Source: Pseudomonadota bacterium
GTDB lineage: Bacteria; Desulfobacterota; Desulfobacteria; Desulfobacterales; RPRI01
Length of the DNA stretch: 12,369 nt
Assembly: GCA_043825875.1 (NCBI GenBank)
Contig: JBDRRF010000058.1
Span: forward strand, 1-12,369
Reading direction: 5' to 3'
Shown here: in pieces, positions 1 to 7,551 of the stretch
Numbering within the stretch: position 1 is the stretch's first letter
Layout of the letters: the number at the start of each line of letters is the position of its first letter
The notes under the pieces: model-generated
What the model saw: the letters and a program-made list of their open reading frames with translations, nothing else
Told to the model about the DNA's origin: nothing
Database searches by the model: none
Translations under genes and position numbers: made by a program

Positions 1-2028
1 TTTCTACTCATCATCCTTTCATACAGCAATACCTTCAATTCTTCATGGCATCTTGATGATTACAATAATATTGTCAATAACCGCATAATCAGAATTAATG
101 ATCTAAGCACAGATTCTGCTGTCGGAGTTTTAGCCACCAAAGGAGATGGGTTAAGATTCCGGCCTGTTTCCATGTTTTCATTTGCTATAAACTGGTATTT
201 TGGAAAAGATAATGTTTTTGGATATCATATCGTAAATACCTGCATACATATTCTTACCAGTTTTTTCCTGTTCCTTACTATATTTTCACTTTTTAATACC
301 CCGAACCTTAAAAGCAAGTTAAGTGAAGAAGATAAATATTTTATTTCATTGCTTTCAGCAATTCTGTGGGCAATAAATCCCATCCAGATTCAGGCTGTTA
401 CTTATATAGTTCAGCGCATGACATCGATGGCGGCATTATTTTATATAATTGGCCTATTTCTTTATATAAAAGCAAGGTTATTCAGTTCTTTATATAAAAA
501 AGCCACTCTATTTATTTGTATTTTACCTGCCTTTATTTTTGCAATTTATTCCAAGGAAAATACTATCACTTTACCTCTTGCTCTGATTCTTATTGAAATA
601 TTATTTTTTCAGGATTTAGCTAAGCCTGAAAAAAGAAAAAAACTACTTATAGCTTCCGGAATTGCAACAATTATAATCATATTTCTCGGAATCTTTCTTT
701 TTCTTGGTAAGGACCTTTTAAATATATTACGCAGCTATGAAAACCGTTATTTTACACCGTATGAGCGACTGCTCACAGAAGCAAGAATTCTTGTTTACTA
801 TATTTCCCTGATTTTTTATCCCGCTCCCACGCGGCTTTCAATTGAACATGATATAGATATTTCCACCTCTATATTTCACCCGTGGACAACAATGCCGTCA
901 ATCATTTTCATTATTATCTTGATCGGCATTGGAATATGGCAGGCAAGAAAAAGGCCTTTTTTGAGTTTTGCAATACTATTCTTTTTCCTAAATCACATAA
1001 TAGAATCTACTATAATTGGTCTTGAGTTGATATTTGAACACAGAAATTATCTTCCGTCTTTTTTTATTTTTATTCCGGTTTGTTTGGGATTGAAAAAGTT
1101 AATTGACAATTATCAGACAAATAAATTCATGCGTTTTATTATATGTTTATTTATTGCCTGCCTTATCACAGGATTTGGAATAAGTACTTATGTGGGAAAC
1201 ATTAAATGGACTTCTGAAGTTACCTTATTAACAGATGCTATGAATAAAGCGCCTCAATCTGCTCGTGCTGCAACAAATTTTTCCAAGGCATATTATGAAA
1301 GCACAGAGCAATATAGCGAAGCAATTGAACTTTATCACAAAGCTCTTTATCTTAAGACCCACAACAGATATTATAAAGGTTTTATTCTAAACAATATTGC
1401 CGGTATTTATTATCATCTCGGTGATCTTAAAAGAGCAGAAAAATTTTGGGAGAAAGCCTCAGAGGTTAATCCTGTATATAAATTTCCTTTTTACGGGCTT
1501 GCACTGGTATCATTTAAAAACAATAAACTATACAAAGGGCTTTACTACCTTAATAAAACAGGTCCTAAAAACAAAAACCACAAGGATGTCTTAAATCTTA
1601 AAGGCATTATTTTATATAAACAGGGAAACCATATTGAAGCTTTAAAATATTTCAGAAAATCCCTGATATTTAATAAAAATGATGATAATGTACTTACAAA
1701 CATCGGTGCTGTTTACTGCCTGATGGGAGAATATAAAAAAGCTGAACTGTTTTTAAAAGAAGCAGTAAAACGTAACCCCATAGATGAAATTTCACTTACA
1801 TGGCTGATCGAAATGGCTTTAAGATTCGAAAACAACATAGCGGCAGACCGATATATCGATAGTTTATTTTCTTCAATGGAGACTAATGAGTTAATGTTTT
1901 TTATAAATAAGCTTAATAGAAATGCTGTAACTAAAGATGCTGTAATGACGCCTCATTACCAAAAGCTTGTTGCAAAGAAAGTTTATGATAGGATAAAATT
2001 AAAAACGGATAAAATGATAGTTCCGTAA
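1..2028 (+). CDS. TMTC-like (GT-C fold) multi-pass membrane glycosyltransferase with C-terminal TPR repeats; 5'-partial
   Basis: Frame is open from base 1 (FLLIILSYSNTFNSSWHLDDYNNIVNN...RFRPVSM), so ATG 172 is internal. Motifs: acidic DD pair after the first TM helix (55-60), RP, NPIQIQAVTYIVQRM, SKEN, FEHRNYLPS; many hydrophobic helices followed by TPR-type units (ILNNIAGIYY, VLNLKGIILY, VLTNIGAVY). Family assigned by motif recognition, not by a search. Confidence 0.82.
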   Translation, partial: FLLIILSYSNTFNSSWHLDDYNNIVNNRIIRINDLSTDSAVGVLATKGDGLRFRPVSMFSFAINWYFGKDNVFGYHIVNTCIHILTSFFLFLTIFSLFNTPNLKSKLSEEDKYFISLLSAILWAINPIQIQAVTYIVQRMTSMAALFYIIGLFLYIKARLFSSLYKKATLFICILPAFIFAIYSKENTITLPLALILIEILFFQDLAKPEKRKKLLIASGIATIIIIFLGIFLFLGKDLLNILRSYENRYFTPYERLLTEARILVYYISLIFYPAPTRLSIEHDIDISTSIFHPWTTMPSIIFIIILIGIGIWQARKRPFLSFAILFFFLNHIIESTIIGLELIFEHRNYLPSFFIFIPVCLGLKKLIDNYQTNKFMRFIICLFIACLITGFGISTYVGNIKWTSEVTLLTDAMNKAPQSARAATNFSKAYYESTEQYSEAIELYHKALYLKTHNRYYKGFILNNIAGIYYHLGDLKRAEKFWEKASEVNPVYKFPFYGLALVSFKNNKLYKGLYYLNKTGPKNKNHKDVLNLKGIILYKQGNHIEALKYFRKSLIFNKNDDNVLTNIGAVYCLMGEYKKAELFLKEAVKRNPIDEISLTWLIEMALRFENNIAADRYIDSLFSSMETNELMFFINKLNRNAVTKDAVMTPHYQKLVAKKVYDRIKLKTDKMIVP

Positions 2029-2111
2029 TAATCTCATAGACGCGTCACTCCGGTGGAAACCGGAGTCCAGACGAAGTTGCACTCATTGATATAACTGGAT
2101 TCCGGCCTTCG

Positions 2112-2240
2112 AAACTGTGTCATAATTAGAAAAAATGTCATTTAGAACTTATGTGAGTAATCTTAAAATACTGAATTTGTTTAAACCAAGATTTCTCGCT
2201 TCGCTTCGAAATGACATAAAAATGAATTGCGACACAACAT
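2112..2240. mobile_element. MITE-like non-autonomous insertion, about 129 bp, with terminal inverted repeats and target-site duplication
   Basis: Flanked by direct CTTCG copies (2107-2111 and 2241-2245); imperfect inverted ends TGTGTCATAATT (2116-2127) and AATTGCGACACA (2225-2236), 10/12 match, each 4 nt in from the duplication. No coding capacity. Confidence 0.75.
2135..2217. repeat. Inner TGTCA-type REP-like inverted repeat pair inside the MITE
   Basis: ATGTCATTTAGAACTTATGTGAGTAATCTT (2135-2164) matches the reverse complement of AAGATTTCTCGCTTCGCTTCGAAATGACAT (2188-2217) at 23/30 positions; 23-nt AT-rich spacer. Confidence 0.75.
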
Positions 2241-2307
2241 CTTCGCCGGAATGGTAAAAGATGATGGTTTCCGACTATTTAAGAAGCAGTCAAAATTGAT
2301 TAACTAC

Positions 2308-3483
2308 ATGTATTCAAAAAATCAAAATATCAAACCACTACCGTTCCCCGTATATGTCTGGACTTTTGTTTTTCTATTACTTGCAGGTATTTCCGATTCC
2401 ATTTATCTTGCGGTTCACCATTATCTTGTTTATACGGATATCGGATACGAAAGCTTTTGCGCAATCTCTAAAGCAATTAATTGTGATACGGTTTCTCAAA
2501 GCCCTTATTCCGTATCTTTAGGCATGCCTGTCGCCATATGGGGATTCTTCGGATATTGCTTTTGCATACTGCTATTGCTTTTTGCACTTCTTTCCAATGC
2601 AGTGAAAAACCGCATTTGGCAACTGCTATTTTCCATATCTGTTATTTACAGCTTTATAAGCATTATCTTCGCTATAGTATCAACTGTCTATATCAAAAGC
2701 TACTGTATAATGTGTATAATAAGCTATGGAATAAATTTTTTATTGGTTTTTTATTCATGGCTGATAATCAGAAGATTCGGAGAAAAAGAAGGAATTATTA
2801 CCGGGCTTTGTCGGAATTTACAATTTATAGCAAGTAAGAAAAAACTGTTTTTATCTTTATTCGTTCCCTTCATAGTGCTTTTTGTTTCGGTCTATATGTT
2901 TTTTCCGGCTTACTGGAATCTTAACCCTCCTCCTCTTTCTGCAAATGTTTTAAAAGGAATAACAAAAGACGGTCACCCATGGATAGGAGCCTCACAAAGC
3001 CCTGAGCTTATAATAACAGAGTACACTGACTATCTATGTTTCCAATGCAAAAAAATGCATTTTTTTCTTCGTCATATTATAGAAAGAAATCCGGATAAAA
3101 TAAGACTTATCCACAGACACTACCCAATGGATAATAAATACAATCCATTTGTAAAAGAGCCGTTTCATATAGGATCAGGCGAAATGGCTATTCTTTCCAT
3201 TTATGCATCATCAAAAGGCAAATTCTGGGAGATGAATGATGCTTTGTTCAGTATTAATAAGAAAGAAAAGCATATCGATCTTTATAAACTTGCCCAAAAG
3301 ACCGGCCTGGATTCAAAAGAGCTTGCAGCAGCAAGATATGATAATAAAATCAGACGAGCTCTCTGGCTTGATATCAAAGATGGTTTAAAGCTTGGAATTA
3401 CAGGGACTCCAGCATATGTTATAAATGATAAAATGCATCTTGGTGAAATCCCGGCAGATGTTTTAAAAAAATATATAAAGTAA
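2308..3483 (+). CDS. Vitamin K epoxide reductase (VKOR) family protein fused to a C-terminal DsbA/thioredoxin-like domain
   Basis: VKOR loop cysteines and serine (FCAISKAINCDTVSQSPYS), membrane CXXC CIMC (2704-2715), then a further TM helix and a thioredoxin fold with EYTDYLCFQC (CXXC 3037-3048), RHYP and the cis-Pro loop GITGTPAY. Start moved to ATG 2308 because TTG 2227 lies inside the MITE end. Confidence 0.9.
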   Translation: MYSKNQNIKPLPFPVYVWTFVFLLLAGISDSIYLAVHHYLVYTDIGYESFCAISKAINCDTVSQSPYSVSLGMPVAIWGFFGYCFCILLLLFALLSNAVKNRIWQLLFSISVIYSFISIIFAIVSTVYIKSYCIMCIISYGINFLLVFYSWLIIRRFGEKEGIITGLCRNLQFIASKKKLFLSLFVPFIVLFVSVYMFFPAYWNLNPPPLSANVLKGITKDGHPWIGASQSPELIITEYTDYLCFQCKKMHFFLRHIIERNPDKIRLIHRHYPMDNKYNPFVKEPFHIGSGEMAILSIYASSKGKFWEMNDALFSINKKEKHIDLYKLAQKTGLDSKELAAARYDNKIRRALWLDIKDGLKLGITGTPAYVINDKMHLGEIPADVLKKYIK

Positions 3484-3515
3484 ATCAGGCCCACACATAA
3501 AAGATACGGTCAGTT

Positions 3516-5237
3516 ATGAATTATAGGAAATTAAATAATAAAGTAATTGCGCCTTCATTCTTAACGGCAAATATCATACTTGCATTATTTGCAGCTGCTA
3601 TTATTATCGCTATATTAATACTCTCTTCGGTTCCTCCTGTAAGCAGGGATGCGCTCACTCATCATCTTGCAGTTCCAAAGCTTTATTTAAATTATGGCGG
3701 AATATATGAAATCCCTTCATTAATATTTTCATATTATCCCATGAACCTTGATCTCTTATATCTTGTCCCTCTTTATTTCGGAAATGATATAGTTCCTAAA
3801 TATATCCATTTTTTTTTCGGATTGCTTACAGCGTTTCTTATTTACAGATACTTAAAAAAACGTACTAATAAGACCCACGCGCTCTTTGGGGGTCTCTTCT
3901 TTTTATCCATACCTGTTATTGTAAAGCTTTCCATAACAGCTTATGTTGATTTAGGACTGGTCTTTTTTTCAACCGCGTCCATAATGTTTATGTTTAAGTG
4001 GATTGAATCCGACTTCAAGCTTAAACAACTTATTGCTTCAGCTGTTTTTTGCGGCCTATGTCTTGGCACAAAATATAATGCCATCATAGTTTTTTTTCTC
4101 TTATCCGTATTCGTTGTCTTTACATATATAAGGACTTATGATCACAGTAAAAACAAACCTAAATCAACCAAATCCATTAAAGCAATATATTTTGGCATTA
4201 TATTTATTATTGTTTCTCTGCTGGTTTTTTCTCCCTGGATGGTAAGAAATTACATCTGGACAAAAAATCCGGTATATCCGCTATATCAAAATTTTTTTAA
4301 AAAATTAGATGCCAAAACAATTTCATCAACACTTGGCAAGAATAATAATGTTTTTGTTGAAACAAAAAAAAATACCGGAAACAAAAAATGGAGTTCTTTT
4401 GCAATAAGGCGAATTTTATATAACGAATCTTTACCCAAAATTGCGCTTATTCCAGTAAGAATATTTTTTGAAGGAGAAGACGGCAATCCAATACATTTTG
4501 ATGGGAAATTATCTCCGTTCTTATTTATATTACCTTTTTTTGCATTTGTAGGTTTTAAGGAAAATGACAAATTATTGAAAACTGAAAAAAAGATACTTCT
4601 TGCTTTTTCAATTTTATATATTCTGTTCGCTTTTTTCACAACAGATATGAGAATAAGATATATTGCTCCGGTAATCCCGCCTCTTGTTATACTTTCGGCC
4701 ATGGGGCTTTATAATATATTTTTATCCTTAAGCGCCCGTTTTTCTTTTTTCTCTGGAAGAATATATCAGTATTGTATATTTGCTTTTATTAGTGTAGTTA
4801 TTTTCAGTAATATCGTATATATCATTAAACAATTCGAATATGTAAAACCATTTGGATATTTAAGCGGAAACCTAAGCCGGGATGAATATATTGAAAGATA
4901 TCGTCCTGAGTATGCAGCATTTCAATACGCAAACAATAATCTTTCAAACAACGCAAAAGTACTATGCTTGTTTCTCGGTAATCGCCGTTACTACAGCGAT
5001 AGGGATGTAATCTTTGATGGAAATTTATTTATAGCTTCTGTAAAAAATAAAGAAATATTATCTGATTTAAAGAAAAAAGGAATAACACATCTTCTTATAT
5101 GGTATAATCCTTTTGATAAGTGGGCGAATAACAATTTTAATGACAAAGATAAATTGTTGCTGGAAAAGTTCTTTAAGGAAAATACCGTGCTTGTATTTTC
5201 TAAAAAAGGATACGGCTTGTTTGAGTTAAAGCCTTAA
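3516..5237 (+). CDS. ArnT/PMT-like GT-C membrane glycosyltransferase (lipid-carrier dependent)
   Basis: 573 aa, many TM helices; first external loop PPVSRDALTHHLAVPK with a candidate catalytic Asp, then YYP, AYVD, GTKYN, SPW.VRN...TKNPVYP, RIRYIAP; soluble C-terminal domain. Pattern typical of GT-C enzymes; substrate unknown. Confidence 0.7.
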   Translation: MNYRKLNNKVIAPSFLTANIILALFAAAIIIAILILSSVPPVSRDALTHHLAVPKLYLNYGGIYEIPSLIFSYYPMNLDLLYLVPLYFGNDIVPKYIHFFFGLLTAFLIYRYLKKRTNKTHALFGGLFFLSIPVIVKLSITAYVDLGLVFFSTASIMFMFKWIESDFKLKQLIASAVFCGLCLGTKYNAIIVFFLLSVFVVFTYIRTYDHSKNKPKSTKSIKAIYFGIIFIIVSLLVFSPWMVRNYIWTKNPVYPLYQNFFKKLDAKTISSTLGKNNNVFVETKKNTGNKKWSSFAIRRILYNESLPKIALIPVRIFFEGEDGNPIHFDGKLSPFLFILPFFAFVGFKENDKLLKTEKKILLAFSILYILFAFFTTDMRIRYIAPVIPPLVILSAMGLYNIFLSLSARFSFFSGRIYQYCIFAFISVVIFSNIVYIIKQFEYVKPFGYLSGNLSRDEYIERYRPEYAAFQYANNNLSNNAKVLCLFLGNRRYYSDRDVIFDGNLFIASVKNKEILSDLKKKGITHLLIWYNPFDKWANNNFNDKDKLLLEKFFKENTVLVFSKKGYGLFELKP

Positions 5238-5298
5238 ATTCATTTTTTTGATGGAATTGTAAAATTTCCAACCAAAGTATTATGATTCCAATAATTCC

Positions 5299-5303
5299 AG
5301 GAG
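5299..5303 (+). promoter_or_regulatory. Shine-Dalgarno site for the 5310 CDS
   Basis: AGGAG ending 6 nt before ATG 5310. Confidence 0.65.
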
Positions 5304-5309
5304 AAGCAA

Positions 5310-6758
5310 ATGAACAACCATCCAGATCCTGCAGCTATCAGATACCGAAATAAACGGCTTGAGAACTGGAATGCTGTTTCAATCATAAAAGAGAAAAAAC
5401 AAGGAATAGGAAAATATTACCATGATCTTCTAAAATACTATTATAAATTTACCATCCCATCCGGTTTAAAGGTTCTTGAATTTGGATGTGGACATGGCGA
5501 CCTGCTTTCTGCTGTTGAACCGTCATTTGGAGTAGGCATAGACTTTTCTCACAAGATGATAAAATATGCTTCCCTAAAACACAAAAGTCTTTATTTCCTT
5601 TGCGCTGACGCTCACGAAGTAATCCTAAAAACTAAATTTGATGTGATAATACTTTCCGATCTTGTAAATGACCTCTGGGATGTACAACGCGTATTGGAAA
5701 GACTTAAAGATCTATCCCATGCAGGAACCCGTATAGTAATTAATTATTTTAACAACCTGTGGCGAATTCCTCTCGGGATTATAAAAAGTATAAAGCTGGG
5801 GCATCAGGTACTTGAGCAAAACTGGCTGACTAACCAAGACATCTCAAATCTGTTAAAAATATCCGGTTTTGAAACAATAAAACATAATGAACATATTATA
5901 ACCCCTTTCTACTTACCAATTCTTTCTGCTTTTACCAATCGTTATCTTCTGCGATTTCCTCCTTTCAAATGGTTAGCTCTAACAAATATGGTGATTGCAA
6001 GACCTGAACCCCATTTGGATAAAGCTGCAATAAGCAATCTTATGGCGGTCTCAATAATTGTGCCTGCCCGCAATGAAGCTGGAAATATTGAAGAAATTAT
6101 TAATAGAACTCCGCCTTTCGGAAAAGAAACCGAAATAATTTTTGTTGAAGGACATTCAAATGATAGTACATTTGAAACCATTAAAAAAATGATAGAGAAA
6201 TATCCCGATAGAAATATAAAAGTATATCAGCAGAATGGAAAGGGAAAAGGGGATGCCGTTCGCCTTGGATTTGAAAAGGCTTCAGGTGAAATACTTATGA
6301 TTCTAGATGCTGACATGACTGTCCCACCTGAATTACTACCCCGTTTTTATGAAACTATTGTTTCAGAAAAAGGTGAATTCATTAATGGTGTTCGCCTTGT
6401 TTATCCAATGGAAGACCAGGCAATGAGATTTTTCAATATTGCAGGTAATAAGTTCTTCAGCCTGGCATTCTCCTGGCTTCTCGGGCAATCAATAAAAGAT
6501 ACTCTTTGCGGCACCAAGGTTTTATTTAAACATCACTATGAAATGATATCTAAACACAGAAAGTATTTTGGGGATTTTGATCCTTTTGGGGATTTTGACC
6601 TTTTATTCGGTGCAGCAAAACTTAATCTGAAAATTACAGAACTTCCTTTGCGTTACCGGTCAAGAACTTATGGAGATACCAACATAGACCGCTGGAGCCA
6701 TGGCTGGCTTCTGCTTAAAATGGTTTTTTTTGCCGCTCAAAAAATCAAATTTATTTAA
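5310..6758 (+). CDS. Bifunctional class I SAM-dependent methyltransferase / family 2 glycosyltransferase (DPM1-like)
   Basis: N-terminal SAM motif I VLEFGCGHG, GIDFS, ADA, FDVIILSD; C-terminal GT-A fold IIVPARNE, VEGHSND, GKGDAV, DXD motif LDAD, DTLCGTK, FGDFDLL. Confidence 0.88.
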   Translation: MNNHPDPAAIRYRNKRLENWNAVSIIKEKKQGIGKYYHDLLKYYYKFTIPSGLKVLEFGCGHGDLLSAVEPSFGVGIDFSHKMIKYASLKHKSLYFLCADAHEVILKTKFDVIILSDLVNDLWDVQRVLERLKDLSHAGTRIVINYFNNLWRIPLGIIKSIKLGHQVLEQNWLTNQDISNLLKISGFETIKHNEHIITPFYLPILSAFTNRYLLRFPPFKWLALTNMVIARPEPHLDKAAISNLMAVSIIVPARNEAGNIEEIINRTPPFGKETEIIFVEGHSNDSTFETIKKMIEKYPDRNIKVYQQNGKGKGDAVRLGFEKASGEILMILDADMTVPPELLPRFYETIVSEKGEFINGVRLVYPMEDQAMRFFNIAGNKFFSLAFSWLLGQSIKDTLCGTKVLFKHHYEMISKHRKYFGDFDPFGDFDLLFGAAKLNLKITELPLRYRSRTYGDTNIDRWSHGWLLLKMVFFAAQKIKFI

Positions 6759-6762
6759 TACC

Positions 6763-7551
6763 ATGTTAAAGCAACTGCTAAAATTCTCATTAGAACATCC
6801 ATATATCCGGGATATTGATATCGACTCCCCGGAAGCTGCTATGTTGCGGCTAAAGATAATAAAAGAAAAAAAATTCTTGAAAAAATTATACAATGAATTC
6901 TACAGCATGATACTAAAAGAACTTCCAGCGGATTATAATGCTCCTATACTTGAAATAGGTTCGGGAGGCGGTTTTTTAAAAGAATATATCCCCGGTTTGC
7001 TAACATCGGAAATTTTGATGATTAAAGACGTTGACACCGTTCTTGATGCGAGAAACATTCCTTTTAAAGAAAATTCTCTTTCCGGAATCGTAATGCTAAA
7101 TGTCTTTCATCATATTCCGTCCATAAATTCATTTTTGAAACAAGCTTCATTTTGTATCAAACAAAAAGGACTTTTAGTAATGATTGAACCGTGGGTATCA
7201 CCATGGTCAGAATTTGTGTATAAGCATTTGCACCATGAACCGTTTGATCCTGAAACAAAAGAGTGGAGTCTTACCAAAGATGATTCCCCTCTTTCACATG
7301 CTAATTCAGCTCTTCCATGGATAGTCTTTGAACGAGACAAAGATGTTTTTGAACAAAAATATCCCAACTGGAAGATAAAAAATCTTACTCTTCATACTCC
7401 CTTTTGCTATATATTATCAGGCGGGGTTTCTATGAGAAGTTTTATGCCAGGTTGGCTTTTTAAATTCTTCCATGGTTTGGAAAAGTCAACTGCTTTCTGG
7501 AATAAATATTTAGCTATGTTTGCATTAATAGTACTTGAGAAAAGAAGATAA
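6763..7551 (+). CDS. Class I SAM-dependent methyltransferase
   Basis: Motif I ILEIGSGGG, LDARNIPF, NVFHHI, LVMIEP. ATG 6763 sits 4 nt after the upstream stop and is preferred over ATG 6700, which overlaps the upstream gene by 59 nt. Stop overlaps the next start (TAATG 7549-7553). Confidence 0.85.
   Translation: MLKQLLKFSLEHPYIRDIDIDSPEAAMLRLKIIKEKKFLKKLYNEFYSMILKELPADYNAPILEIGSGGGFLKEYIPGLLTSEILMIKDVDTVLDARNIPFKENSLSGIVMLNVFHHIPSINSFLKQASFCIKQKGLLVMIEPWVSPWSEFVYKHLHHEPFDPETKEWSLTKDDSPLSHANSALPWIVFERDKDVFEQKYPNWKIKNLTLHTPFCYILSGGVSMRSFMPGWLFKFFHGLEKSTAFWNKYLAMFALIVLEKRR

Larger units (their letters stand above)
2043..2253. repeat. CGTC-tagged REP-like inverted palindrome pair whose right arm is interrupted by an insertion
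   Basis: Left arm CGTCACTCCGGTGGAAACCGGAGTCCAG (2043-2070; stem 2047-2054/2059-2066, GGAA loop). Right arm CTGGATTCCGGCCTTCG (2095-2111) plus CCGGAATG (2246-2253) rejoin into the inverted counterpart with a perfect 8-bp stem ATTCCGGC/GCCGGAAT. Confidence 0.8.

Noticed and set aside
172..174. ATG 172 as start of the first CDS
   Set aside because: The frame is open from base 1 and the upstream part contains the first TM helix end and the conserved DD and RP motifs.
2043..2253. CRISPR array or rho-independent terminator
   Set aside because: Repeats are inverted and nested rather than direct with spacers, there are no cas genes, and the GC stems lack a following U-tract.
2227..2307. 27-aa N-terminal extension of VKOR-DsbA from TTG 2227
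   Set aside because: It is translated repeat sequence (MITE end and palindrome arm); ATG 2308 directly precedes the region leading into the first TM helix.
3809..6731. Homopolymer runs (T9 3809-3817, A9 4364-4372, T8 6724-6731) as phase-variation tracts
   Set aside because: A/T runs of this length are unremarkable in such AT-rich coding DNA, and the frames are intact.
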